Source: Acidimicrobiales bacterium (lineage in GTDB: Bacteria > Actinomycetota > Acidimicrobiia > Acidimicrobiales > RAAP-2). From it: a stretch of 64,000 nucleotides of DNA. Location of the stretch: the NCBI GenBank assembly GCA_050701895.1, contig JBOGFT010000009.1, positions 16,186-80,185 of the forward strand. Reading direction: 5' to 3'. Position numbers and translations under genes: made by a program. Below the pieces are notes generated by a model. It was given only the letters and a program-made list of their open reading frames with translations. It made no database searches and was not told the origin of the DNA. Numbering within the stretch: position 1 is the stretch's first letter; every line of letters begins with the position of its first letter. This document shows, piece after piece, positions 1 to 9,134 of the stretch.

Positions 1-1259
1 CACTGATTTCTGTGGGTATCGATCACGAGCACGCCTCGCTCGACCTCCTTGAGCGAGCAACGGTTCCCGAGCACGAGTGGGCCAAGATGCTGCGCACACT
101 CGTCAGCCATCGCAACATTCACGAAGCCGTCTTCGTGTCTACCTGCCTGCGCACCGAGGTCGTCGCCGTCATCGATCGGTTCCACGGCGCAATTGACGAG
201 ATCACGGCGACTCTCGCCAACGCCACGGGACTCTCGGTGAGCGAGTTCGAAGACCGCCTGACGGTCAACTTCGAGCACGATGTGGCGACCCACCTCTTCC
301 AGGTGGCGGCCGGTCTAAAGTCGGTGGTCCCGGGGGAGTTCGAGGTCCTCGGCCAACTGCGGCGCGCACTCGAGCTCGCGGTTGAAGAGCAGAGCGCCGG
401 CAGCGAGGTCACCGAGATCTTCCAGCGGGCGATCGCCTCGGGGCGGCGCGTGCGATCAGAGACGGCCATCGCAAAGGGCACCACGAGCTTCGCCCAAGCG
501 GCGGCGTCGGCCGCGATCGACGAACTCGGCGATGAATTGGAGGGAGCGCGAGTGGTCGTGCTCGGCGCGGGTCAGATGGCCACCGGAGTGGTCAAGAGTC
601 TGCTCGCCGCGTCGCCGCGCCTCGCAACCCTGACCGTTCTCAACCGCACGATCGAGAGAGCTCAAGAACTGCGTGACGATCTGCGCGATGATCGGGTGCG
701 AGTGGATTCTTTTGAGTCGGTGCGGGCTCACCTGAGCGGCACGCGCCTCCTCGTGAGCGCGCTTGAGGTCTCGTCCCCTGTGCTAGCGCGTGAGGACTTC
801 GCGAGTATGGCCGGAAATGTGCTCGTCGTCGACCTCGGGGTGCCTAGAGCCGTTGCCAGTGACGCGGGTGGCCTGGTCCACGTGCGGCGCATCGATATAG
901 GAGACCTTCGTGAGCGAGTCGAGCGCGCCCTCGGCGATCGTCGCGACGCCACAGACGACGCGAGACGCATAGTCGACGAAGACGTAGAGAGGTTCTTGAG
1001 TGAACAACGAGCCCGCGGCGCGGCGGCTATCGTGCGCGACCTGCGCGAGCACTTCGACGAGGTTATTGCGAGTGAACTGGCGCGCCGCGCACACGACCTC
1101 GAGGGGCTGTCTCCCGCAGAGCGTGACACGGCGGTCTCGCTGGTTCGCTCAGTCGTTGCGAAGATCGCGCATCGCCCGACAATCGCCCTCAAAGAAGCCG
1201 CCGGCACCGATCAAGGCACGCGGCTGAGCGAGGCGACGCGCAACCTCTTTGATCTATGA
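1..1259 (+). CDS. hemA: glutamyl-tRNA reductase (5' end probably just outside window)
   Basis: The translation ..VGIDHEHASLDLLERA.. and the Rossmann-like VVVLGAGQMA match HemA. The frame is open back to base 3, and the usual few residues before the VG..H motif are missing. GTG at 12 is the only start inside the window. The stop overlaps the hemC start (ATGA). Confidence 0.9.
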   Translation, partial: LISVGIDHEHASLDLLERATVPEHEWAKMLRTLVSHRNIHEAVFVSTCLRTEVVAVIDRFHGAIDEITATLANATGLSVSEFEDRLTVNFEHDVATHLFQVAAGLKSVVPGEFEVLGQLRRALELAVEEQSAGSEVTEIFQRAIASGRRVRSETAIAKGTTSFAQAAASAAIDELGDELEGARVVVLGAGQMATGVVKSLLAASPRLATLTVLNRTIERAQELRDDLRDDRVRVDSFESVRAHLSGTRLLVSALEVSSPVLAREDFASMAGNVLVVDLGVPRAVASDAGGLVHVRRIDIGDLRERVERALGDRRDATDDARRIVDEDVERFLSEQRARGAAAIVRDLREHFDEVIASELARRAHDLEGLSPAERDTAVSLVRSVVAKIAHRPTIALKEAAGTDQGTRLSEATRNLFDL

Positions 1260-2149
1260 CCCTGCGCGTGGCGACTCGCCGGTCGCCACTCGCCCTGATA
1301 CAGGCGCAACTCGTGCAGCGACGCCTGGGCGAACACGGGGTTGAGAGTGAGTTAGTCCTTGTCGACACGCGCGGCGACCGCGACATGCAGACCGATCTCG
1401 CGACGCTCGGGGGCCAGGGCGTGTTCGCCGTCGAGATTCAGCGGGCCGTGCTGGCGGGAGAAGCAGACGTCGCGGTGCACAGCGCCAAGGACCTCCCGAG
1501 CGCGACGCCCGAGGGGCTCTCGTTGGCGAGCGTGCCAGAGAGGCGCGACGCGAGTGACGCGCTGGTGGGCCGCTCTCTGGCGGGCCTCGGGCCGGGCGCC
1601 ACAGTGGCGACAGGATCGCCGCGACGGCGGGCGTTGCTGCTGGAGCGTCGGCCCGACTTGGCGGTCGTTGCGCTGCGCGGCAACATGGCTACCCGGCTGG
1701 CAAGAGCCGGAACCGGCGGGGTCGACGCCATCGTGGCGGCCATGGCTGCCCTGGAGCGGTTGGACGAGACGCGGGTCGTGAGTGAGCGTCTCGATCCGAC
1801 CTGGTTCATCCCTCAAGTTGGTCAGGGAGCACTTGCACTCGAAGCGCGCAGTGACGACGTCGCGACACGCGCGGCGTTGGCCGCGATCAACGATCCAGAA
1901 GCGCTACTGGCCTTGACGGCGGAGCGCGCGTTCTTGGAGGAGCTGGGCGCGGGATGCTCTATTCCGGCGGGAGCGCACGGTGTGATTGATTGCGGAACGC
2001 TATTGCTGCGCGGCGTGATGCTCGAGCCCGACGGGACAAGGAGCGTGCGCGCCGAGTTCGCGGGCGCTGATCCGCACGAGCTCGGCGCGAGGCTGGCTCG
2101 CCACCTGCGCGATGATCTCGGCGGCGGTGCGTTCGTGGCGGCGCTCTAG
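1256..2149 (+). CDS. hemC: hydroxymethylbilane synthase (porphobilinogen deaminase)
   Basis: The N-terminus LRVATRRSPLALIQA, GNMATRL and the cofactor-cysteine region GAGCSIPAG are typical of HemC. ATGA overlap with hemA. Confidence 0.95.
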   Translation: MTLRVATRRSPLALIQAQLVQRRLGEHGVESELVLVDTRGDRDMQTDLATLGGQGVFAVEIQRAVLAGEADVAVHSAKDLPSATPEGLSLASVPERRDASDALVGRSLAGLGPGATVATGSPRRRALLLERRPDLAVVALRGNMATRLARAGTGGVDAIVAAMAALERLDETRVVSERLDPTWFIPQVGQGALALEARSDDVATRAALAAINDPEALLALTAERAFLEELGAGCSIPAGAHGVIDCGTLLLRGVMLEPDGTRSVRAEFAGADPHELGARLARHLRDDLGGGAFVAAL

Positions 2150-2820
2150 TGCGCGTCGTTGTCACCCGTGAACGGGGATACAACGCGGACATTATTTCGT
2201 GGCTGCCTGATGGCGCGTCGGTCGCTGAAGTACCCCTCACGTCCACCAGGTTCCTCGACACGCATGAGGTTCTCGACACCCTGCGCGCCAGCGAGCACTA
2301 CGGCCAGTTTCGCGCGCTCGTCGTGACCAGCGCGCGAAGCGCTCTCTACGTGGCTCTGGCTCGTGAGGCCCTTGCGCCAGAGGGAACGGTCCTGAGCGTG
2401 GGCACCGCGACGGCCCGCGCTCTCGAGAGTGAGGACGTCGACGTCGACGTCGCGGGCGACTCGGGGGCGATAGTTCTCGGGGCCGGCATCGTCGATGGAC
2501 CGGTACTGCTATTGGGGGCGGCCGCGATGCGCGACGACCTTGCGACCACCCTCACGGAGCGCGGGGTGAGGGTCACCAAACTCACCTGCTACGAAACCAT
2601 TCCCACGGTGCTCACATCCATCGAAGAGCTCGAGTTGAGAGAGGCGGACGTGGTCTTCATTGGCGCGCCCTCGGCGTGGCGGGTGGCCATGGTCTACATC
2701 GATCGGCGCACGTGGGTCGTCGTGCCCGGTTCGACCACGGCTGGTGTGGTCGCTCGTCACCACGAGCGGATCATCGAAGGCTGGGGATCTGGTGTGACGG
2801 AGCGACTGGTCGCCCTGTAG
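2149..2820 (+). CDS. hemD: uroporphyrinogen-III synthase
   Basis: 223-aa ORF whose GTG shares one base with the hemC TAG. Its size and position between hemC and hemB fit HemD. The family is weakly conserved, so the call rests mostly on context. Confidence 0.7.
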   Translation: MRVVVTRERGYNADIISWLPDGASVAEVPLTSTRFLDTHEVLDTLRASEHYGQFRALVVTSARSALYVALAREALAPEGTVLSVGTATARALESEDVDVDVAGDSGAIVLGAGIVDGPVLLLGAAAMRDDLATTLTERGVRVTKLTCYETIPTVLTSIEELELREADVVFIGAPSAWRVAMVYIDRRTWVVVPGSTTAGVVARHHERIIEGWGSGVTERLVAL

Positions 2821-2884
2821 TCGGCGACGCGCTACGGCACTCGCGACTTACGGGGGACATTCCACCCTCATTAGGCTGGAGAAC

Positions 2885-3865
2885 GTGTTTCCCGCCCAGC
2901 GCCCTCGACGACTCCGCCGCACTCCGGCGATTCGTCATCTCGTCGCCGAGACCACGCTGCTACCCCGCGACTTCGTGGCCCCACTGTTCGTCGCCGAGGG
3001 TTTGCGCGAGGCGAACCCAATCTCGTCGCTGCCCGGGCACTTCCAGCACACAGTCTCTTCGTTGCACGACGAGGTAAAGGGCCTCCTCGACCGGGGAGTC
3101 AGTGGCGTGATCCTCTTCGGCGTTCCTTCGACCAAGGACGGGTTCGGCAGCGCCGCTTGGGATCGCGACGGCGTGGCCCAAGTGGCCCTTCGCTCGTTGC
3201 GCGACGGCTTCGGCGACGAGCTGGTCCTGATGGCCGACCTGTGTCTGGACGAGTACACGACCCACGGCCACTGCGGGGTGGTGCGTACCGACGGCTCGGT
3301 CGATAACGATGCCACGCTCGAGCTCTACGCCCGTGTCGCCCTCGCCCAAGCGGAGGCGGGCGCGGACGTGATCGCTCCCAGCGGCATGATGGACGGCCAG
3401 GTCGCCGCGATCCGCGCGGCCCTAGAGAGCGCGAGCTACGACGAGACGATCATCATGGCCTACGCGGTGAAGTACGCGAGTGGACTGTATGGACCCTTCC
3501 GTGAGGCGGTGGGCGTGGAGATCGCGGGCGGCGGCGATCGCAAGAGCTACCAGCAAGACCCCCGTAACCGCACCGAGGCGCTGCGAGAGGCGCGCCTTGA
3601 CGTCGAAGAGGGCGCCGACATCATCATGGTGAAGCCGGCGATGACCAACCTCGACATCGTCGCGGACCTTCGTCACGAACTCGACGTGCCGCTCTCGGTG
3701 TATCAGGTAAGCGGTGAGTACGCGATGGTCAAGGCGGCAGCCGCGAACGGTTGGATCGATGGACCGGCTGTGGCGATCGAGCAACTGACGGCCGTGCGAC
3801 GCGCCGGGGCGGACTTTGTCATCACCTACTTCGCCAGAGAGATCGCCGAGGAGTTGGGTCGTTGA
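2885..3865 (+). CDS. hemB: porphobilinogen synthase (5-aminolevulinate dehydratase)
   Basis: RPRRLRRTPAIRHLVAETTL, the Schiff-base lysine region IIMVKPAMTNLD and YQVSGEYAM match HemB. The metal-site motif is DLCLDEYTTHGHCG. Confidence 0.95.
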   Translation: MFPAQRPRRLRRTPAIRHLVAETTLLPRDFVAPLFVAEGLREANPISSLPGHFQHTVSSLHDEVKGLLDRGVSGVILFGVPSTKDGFGSAAWDRDGVAQVALRSLRDGFGDELVLMADLCLDEYTTHGHCGVVRTDGSVDNDATLELYARVALAQAEAGADVIAPSGMMDGQVAAIRAALESASYDETIIMAYAVKYASGLYGPFREAVGVEIAGGGDRKSYQQDPRNRTEALREARLDVEEGADIIMVKPAMTNLDIVADLRHELDVPLSVYQVSGEYAMVKAAAANGWIDGPAVAIEQLTAVRRAGADFVITYFAREIAEELGR

Positions 3866-5133
3866 GTTCGAATGAGGCCTGGTTTGAGCGGGCCCAAGCC
3901 GTCATACCCGGCGGCGTCGACTCTCCGGTTCGCTCCTTTCGCTCGGTAGGGGGGACTCCCTATACCGTCGTGAGCGGCGACGGCGCCTCTGTCACCGACG
4001 TCGAGGGTACGCGCTACCTCGACTACGTGCAGTCCTACGGGGCCTCGCTGCTCGGTCACGCGCATCCTGTGATCGTCCGGGTCTTGCGTGAGGCCGCGGG
4101 GAACGGCACGACTTTTGGTGCTCCGACGCCTGGCGAAGTCCTGCTAGCCGAAGCCATGACTTCGCGCGTTCATGGTCTCGAACAGGTTCGTCTCGTCTCC
4201 TCGGGCACCGAGGCCGTGATGAGTGCCGTGCGCCTTGCGCGCGGGTACACCAGTCGCGACAAAATCGTGAAGTTTGACGGCTGCTATCACGGGCACTCTG
4301 ACGCACTTCTCGTGGACGCTGGCAGCGGCGTCGCGCAGATGGGACTGCCGGGTTCGTCGGGGGTCACGCAGGGCGCGGTCGCCGACACCATCGTCGTGCC
4401 CTACAACCAAGTACCTGGGCTCGATGGATCGGTAGCGGCCGTGCTCGTCGAGCCGGTCGCGGCCAACATGAACCTCGTGGCCCCCGAACCCACGTTCCTC
4501 GCGGACCTGCGAGTTGAGTGCGATCGGGTGGGCGCGCTGCTCATCTTTGACGAAGTCATCACCGGGTTTCGCTTGGCCATGGGCGGGGCGCAGGAGTTCT
4601 TTGGGGTCTCGCCGGATCTGTGGATCTTCGGGAAGGTCATCGGCGGGGGACTACCTCTGGCGGCCTTTGGCGGATCGAAAGCGATAATGGCCTACCTGGC
4701 GCCGCTCGGTCCCGTCTATCAGGCGGGCACGCTGTCGGGCAACCCCCTCGCGACCGCGGCGGGCGTCGCTGTATTGGAGCACGTCACGATCGATGAGTTG
4801 GCGTTGCTCGCGGGGCGGGTGAAGAACTTTGCCACCGATCTCGAATCGGCGATTCGCGACGCCGGGATCTTCGCCCTTGCCCCGAACGTGGGCGCGCTGT
4901 CCGGTCTGTACCTCAGTGAAACGGAAGTGTCCGCGCCGCGAAACCTCGCCGAGGCGAAAGCGCTCAACGACAATGGCCTCTACCAGAGGTTCTTTCACGC
5001 CATGCTGTCGCGCGGCGTGGCCCTTGCGCCGGGTGCCTACGAGATCATGTTCGTCTCGCTGGCCCACAGCGACGCCGACCTCGAGCGAACCGTCAGCGCC
5101 GCGTCCGACGCCGCAAGGGAAATGACGTCGTGA
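3862..5133 (+). CDS. hemL: glutamate-1-semialdehyde 2,1-aminomutase
   Basis: The HemL-like sequence starts at LSSNEAWFERAQAVIPGGVDSPVRSF. TTG at 3862 overlaps the hemB stop (TTGA). The track ORF start at 3751 would add about 37 non-homologous Arg/Gly-rich residues inside hemB. The PLP-lysine region is IFGKVIGGGLP. Confidence 0.92.
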   Translation: MSSNEAWFERAQAVIPGGVDSPVRSFRSVGGTPYTVVSGDGASVTDVEGTRYLDYVQSYGASLLGHAHPVIVRVLREAAGNGTTFGAPTPGEVLLAEAMTSRVHGLEQVRLVSSGTEAVMSAVRLARGYTSRDKIVKFDGCYHGHSDALLVDAGSGVAQMGLPGSSGVTQGAVADTIVVPYNQVPGLDGSVAAVLVEPVAANMNLVAPEPTFLADLRVECDRVGALLIFDEVITGFRLAMGGAQEFFGVSPDLWIFGKVIGGGLPLAAFGGSKAIMAYLAPLGPVYQAGTLSGNPLATAAGVAVLEHVTIDELALLAGRVKNFATDLESAIRDAGIFALAPNVGALSGLYLSETEVSAPRNLAEAKALNDNGLYQRFFHAMLSRGVALAPGAYEIMFVSLAHSDADLERTVSAASDAAREMTS

Positions 5134-6221
5134 CGACCTTGCGTAGCGAGGACTGGGCGGTGCGACCACCCTTCGTGGAGAACGGGCCAAGGTCGCCGGT
5201 GGTGCTGCTCATCGACGACGAGGGATTGACCCAACTCGCGGGAATTCCTCCCGTTGCCTGGCAGACGCCGTGGAGTGAGATCTCGAACCTGGAACTTGCG
5301 CGCATCTCGCACCAGATGCTGCTCTTTGCGACCATTGGCGGCGTGCGCTACACCTGGCGCCACCGCGATCTCGTCGACTATGAACTGCTGCGCACCGTGG
5401 TTGTCGAACACGCTGGCGTCGTCAGCCAGCGCCGTCGCCGGACGGGGGTGTTCGCCATTGTGGCCATCGTCGTCCTGGCGAGTTTCGCCGGTGGCATCGC
5501 CGCGTGGTTCAATCGCGGAAGCAGTGCCGCCCAGGAATTCTCTGACACCAGTCGCGTGAATCTCACCCTGAACGACCTACCGAGCGGTTGGTATAAGACG
5601 TCGGACACGATCTTGAACTACCTCGTGTCTCCACCGAGCAAGGTGTATACGTCGACAACGACGACCGCGCCACCTAAGGATTCGAGTTTCGACAAGGTCG
5701 CGTCGATCTTCCAGAGCTGTCTGGGGGTGTCCAACGCCAAGGACCGCGTGTTTGGCGCCGCCGGGCAACTGCCCGACTTTCAGGTCTCCTCTCCGATTTT
5801 CAATACGACTGGCCTCGATGGCGTCGAACTGGCCTCGACGTCGCAGTACTACCACTCAACGAGAATGGTTGACGATGACACCCGCGAGATGTCCATGCAC
5901 GACTTCGGCTCCTGCTTCGCCAAGTCGAACGCAGACATCGTCCTGTCGGGCTTTGGCCTCAGCATCCCCACGAAGAACGTGGCGACCAACTGGCGGCCGA
6001 TGACCTTCACCAAAGGCTGGTCGCGCGGGGGCGTCATTGCGCTCGCCGTGCCGAACCTGCCCACCAAGGTGCAGCTCGTCATGGTTGTCATCACGCACGG
6101 GCACTACGAAGTAACGCTCAGCGCCATCGTCGGTTCGTTCACCAAGTCAGAAGGCCTGCTCACGACTCTGGTGAACACACTGCTATCGCGGATGGCGAAC
6201 TCAAGTTCCCAGGCCACTTAG
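5130..6221 (+). CDS. hypothetical single-pass membrane protein
   Basis: The GTG start overlaps the hemL stop (GTGA). There is one clear TM helix (VFAIVAIVVLASFAGGIAAWF) after a roughly 110-aa N-terminal part, followed by a roughly 230-aa Ser/Thr-rich extracytoplasmic part. I recognise no family motif. Confidence 0.6.
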   Translation: MTTLRSEDWAVRPPFVENGPRSPVVLLIDDEGLTQLAGIPPVAWQTPWSEISNLELARISHQMLLFATIGGVRYTWRHRDLVDYELLRTVVVEHAGVVSQRRRRTGVFAIVAIVVLASFAGGIAAWFNRGSSAAQEFSDTSRVNLTLNDLPSGWYKTSDTILNYLVSPPSKVYTSTTTTAPPKDSSFDKVASIFQSCLGVSNAKDRVFGAAGQLPDFQVSSPIFNTTGLDGVELASTSQYYHSTRMVDDDTREMSMHDFGSCFAKSNADIVLSGFGLSIPTKNVATNWRPMTFTKGWSRGGVIALAVPNLPTKVQLVMVVITHGHYEVTLSAIVGSFTKSEGLLTTLVNTLLSRMANSSSQAT

Positions 6222-7558
6222 GCCGACAGCTCTTTCTTGTCGCCGAAGACGAGTTGCCAGGCCCGCTCGGGGATGGCGCTGGCCAGGCGCGTCATGGCGC
6301 GATAACCGATCTCCCCGGGGCCCTTGTCATCGTTGTTCATGAGGTTCGCCATGATCTTGAGCAGCTCGCGCATCACCGGCGGTATGCGCATGCCAGCTCC
6401 AACGCAGACTTGTAGGACTCGTGGTTCTGAGATCATGCGCACGAAGGCGCGGGCCACGCGGTAGTAGTCGCCGTAGGCGGCGTTCAGCCGCGCGTCGTAG
6501 AGCGCGAGGATCTCGTCGTCGTTCTCAAGCAGCGCTTCACCGAGCACCGCTGCGGCTAGGCGACCTGACTCGTATCCGTAGGCGATCCCCTCTCCGTTGA
6601 AGGGGTTCACCATACCCGTCGCGTCGCCGATCGTCAGGGTGTTGCTCCCCACGCGTGGTCCGATGGACAGCCCCATCGGCAGGCGCCCACCGGTCGCTGG
6701 TCCACAGCACGTCTCTTCATTGAGTCCCCAGGCCTCGGCCGTCTGATCGACGAAGTACTCCTGGAGCTTGGTGGTGTTGACGCCCTTCCAGTTGCCGCCC
6801 GTCGAGAGCAGGCCTACCCCCACGTTGACGCGTCCATCGCCCAGAGGAAATATCCAGCCGTATCCGGGAACGACCTCGCCGTTGGTGTCTCGAATATCGA
6901 GGTGGGAGTCAATCCACGGTTCATCGTGACGATCACTCGTGTAGTAACCCCGTAGCGCCATCCCGAGCGGCCAATCACGATTGCGCACCACGCCGAGCTC
7001 GCGACCGAGTCGTGAGTTCTGTCCGTCGGCCACAACGAGGTAACGTCCGCGAATCTCGCCGATCGCCTCGGTGTCCTTATCCTTCACGACGACGCCAGCC
7101 GCTCCGACCAGTTGATCATCGCGCCCGGGAAGCGGCTCAATGAGGTCCAGGGCTTCGACGCCGTTCAGTACCTCGGCGCCATATTTTTCTGCGCTCTCAG
7201 CGACCAGTCCATCGAGGTTGAAACGCGTGATGGTGTACCCGTAGTTCGGAAAGACCGGGTGCTCGGGCCACGTCATCTCCAGGTGCGCGCCGAAGCCAAA
7301 GGCTCGCAGACCCTGGTAGCGATGGCCGTTGGTGGCGACGGTGCCCTCGAGGCCCATCTCGGCGAGTTGGAAGACCGAGCGTGGGGTCAGCCCATCGCCG
7401 CAGGTCTTCTCACGGGGGAAGTGCTTCTTCTCGATCAGACAGACCGACCAGCCCGCCGAGGCCAACCAGTACGCGCAGGCCGACCCGCTCGGACCGCCGC
7501 CAACGATGACGACGTCGTAGGTCCTAGGCCGTGCGATCACGTCCTCGAGGGTTTTCAC
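6218..7558 (-). CDS. geranylgeranyl reductase family FAD-dependent oxidoreductase
   Basis: The N-terminal dinucleotide fold YDVVIVGGGPSGSACAYWLA followed by KTCGDGLTPRS is typical of geranylgeranyl/menaquinone-reductase-type flavoproteins. Divergent from nuoA. Confidence 0.85.
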   Translation of the reverse strand: MKTLEDVIARPRTYDVVIVGGGPSGSACAYWLASAGWSVCLIEKKHFPREKTCGDGLTPRSVFQLAEMGLEGTVATNGHRYQGLRAFGFGAHLEMTWPEHPVFPNYGYTITRFNLDGLVAESAEKYGAEVLNGVEALDLIEPLPGRDDQLVGAAGVVVKDKDTEAIGEIRGRYLVVADGQNSRLGRELGVVRNRDWPLGMALRGYYTSDRHDEPWIDSHLDIRDTNGEVVPGYGWIFPLGDGRVNVGVGLLSTGGNWKGVNTTKLQEYFVDQTAEAWGLNEETCCGPATGGRLPMGLSIGPRVGSNTLTIGDATGMVNPFNGEGIAYGYESGRLAAAVLGEALLENDDEILALYDARLNAAYGDYYRVARAFVRMISEPRVLQVCVGAGMRIPPVMRELLKIMANLMNNDDKGPGEIGYRAMTRLASAIPERAWQLVFGDKKELSA

Positions 7559-7624
7559 GCGTCAATCCTACGTCGTAGTCTCTCGCCGACCACCCGTCAG
7601 AGGGTCTCGCGGCGTCTGGTAGAA

Positions 7625-8077
7625 ATGATGGACGTGGACCAGTACAGCTCAATACTTGGACTCCTCATCCTCGGAGTGCTGTTCGCGTCGGGATCGTTTG
7701 TAGCGTCGGGCCTGCTCGCGCCCCACAAGCGTCCGAGCGACGCGAAGTTGGCCCCCTACGAGTGTGGGATTGTCCCCGAGGCACTGCCGCCGCAGCGCTT
7801 TCCCGTGCGCTTCTACCTCGTGGCGATGATCTTTGTGATCTTTGACATCGAGGTCGTGTTCATGTATCCCTTCGCCGTCGTCTTTCGCCAACTGGGCGCC
7901 TTTGGCCTCATCGAAGTCCTGATCTTCTCCTTTGCCGTCTTTGGCGCGCTTCTCTTTTTGGTGGCGGAAGGTGCGCTCACCTGGGGGCCCGCGAAGCATC
8001 TGGTGCGCGGCATGCCCTCGCGCACCAGCTCTTCCACGATCGTGCGGATCGGTACCGACCCCGACAAGGCCGCCTAG
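7625..8077 (+). CDS. nuoA: NADH-quinone oxidoreductase subunit A
   Basis: NuoA-like sequence begins at [18 protein letters not shown]... and includes PYECG and [10 protein letters not shown]. The upstream part of track ORF 7112..8077 is antisense to the reductase gene, so ATG 7625 is preferred. Confidence 0.9.
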   Translation: MMDVDQYSSILGLLILGVLFASGSFVASGLLAPHKRPSDAKLAPYECGIVPEALPPQRFPVRFYLVAMIFVIFDIEVVFMYPFAVVFRQLGAFGLIEVLIFSFAVFGALLFLVAEGALTWGPAKHLVRGMPSRTSSSTIVRIGTDPDKAA

Positions 8078-8079
8078 TA

Positions 8080-8643
8080 GTGGCCCTCGAAGACCTCCAG
8101 CACAACTTTCTCACCGGTCAGGTCGAAGATCTGGTGCGCTGGGCGCGACGCGCGTCTGTCTGGCCCGCGACCTTTGGCCTGGCGTGCTGCGCCATCGAGA
8201 TGATGGCCGCCGGGGCCGCCGACTACGACCTCGCCCGCTACGGCATGGAGGTCTTTCGCAACTCACCACGTCAGGCGGACCTCATGATCGTCGCCGGACG
8301 CGTTAGCCAGAAGATGGCTCCGGTACTGCGACAGGTCTACGACCAGATGATGGAGCCCAAGTGGGTCATCTCGATGGGGGTGTGCGCCTCGAGCGGCGGC
8401 ATGTTCAACAACTACGCCATCGTTCAAGGCGTGGACCAGATCGTCCCGGTCGACGTCTACGCGCCGGGATGTCCGCCCAGCCCCGAGACCCTGATGCACG
8501 CGATCTTGACGCTGCACGAGCAGATCCGCACGGGCGAGATCTTGAAGCGTCGTAGCGAGGGTCGTCCCACGCACGTCGCGGACCAGTCGAACGTCTGGAC
8601 TCCCGAAGTCCCCGTCGCCGTGAGGGTGGGAACGCCGAAGTGA
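8080..8643 (+). CDS. nuoB: NADH-quinone oxidoreductase subunit B
   Basis: The N2-cluster motifs [19 protein letters not shown] and GCPPSPE match NuoB. Confidence 0.96.
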   Translation: MALEDLQHNFLTGQVEDLVRWARRASVWPATFGLACCAIEMMAAGAADYDLARYGMEVFRNSPRQADLMIVAGRVSQKMAPVLRQVYDQMMEPKWVISMGVCASSGGMFNNYAIVQGVDQIVPVDVYAPGCPPSPETLMHAILTLHEQIRTGEILKRRSEGRPTHVADQSNVWTPEVPVAVRVGTPK

Positions 8644-9134
8644 TCCCCCTACCCCCAACGGCCCCCCCAGGAGTCGTGAGCGCCGATGCGTTGGCGAGCG
8701 ACCTCGGATGCTTTCCGACCAACGATCAGTACGTTGAGCTCGTGCAGTCCTTCAAGGTCGACGGATTCGAGATGTGCGTAGACCTATGTGCCGTCGACTA
8801 CCTCGAACACCTCACGCGCCCACTCCCCGAGGACGTCGCGCCGACCCGGTTCGAAGTCGTGGTGAACTTGCTCAGTCTCTCCAAGCGCCAGCGCGTGCGC
8901 ATCCGTGTCCAGGCGGGTGACGACGAGCCGCGCGTGCCCTCGTTGTTTCGTCTCTACCCAGGCACTGAGGCGATGGAGCGCGAGGCCTTCGACCTCTTTG
9001 GTGTGCTCTTCGACGGGCACCCGGACCTGACGCGCATCTTGATGCCCGAGGACTGGGAGGGCCATCCCCTGCGCAGGGACTACGCGGTGGGCAAAGTCCC
9101 CGTCCAGTTCAAGGAAGCTCCGGGCCCGCGATGA
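8640..9134 (+). CDS. nuoC: NADH-quinone oxidoreductase subunit C
   Basis: GTGA overlap with nuo[37 protein letters not shown] is the conserved NuoC C-terminal core. At 164 aa it is rather short. Confidence 0.9.
   Translation: MIPLPPTAPPGVVSADALASDLGCFPTNDQYVELVQSFKVDGFEMCVDLCAVDYLEHLTRPLPEDVAPTRFEVVVNLLSLSKRQRVRIRVQAGDDEPRVPSLFRLYPGTEAMEREAFDLFGVLFDGHPDLTRILMPEDWEGHPLRRDYAVGKVPVQFKEAPGPR

Noticed and set aside
3751-3861. Long upstream extensions of track ORFs. They affect hemL from 3751, nuoA from 7112, the zincin from 47232, the hypothetical from 47714, the mreB-like gene from 55933, the hydrolase from 41695 and the small hypothetical from 53398.
   Set aside because: The extensions overlap neighbouring genes or promoter DNA and add non-homologous Arg/Gly-rich sequence. 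Internal starts have ribosome-binding sites or stop/start overlaps that fit the family N-termini.
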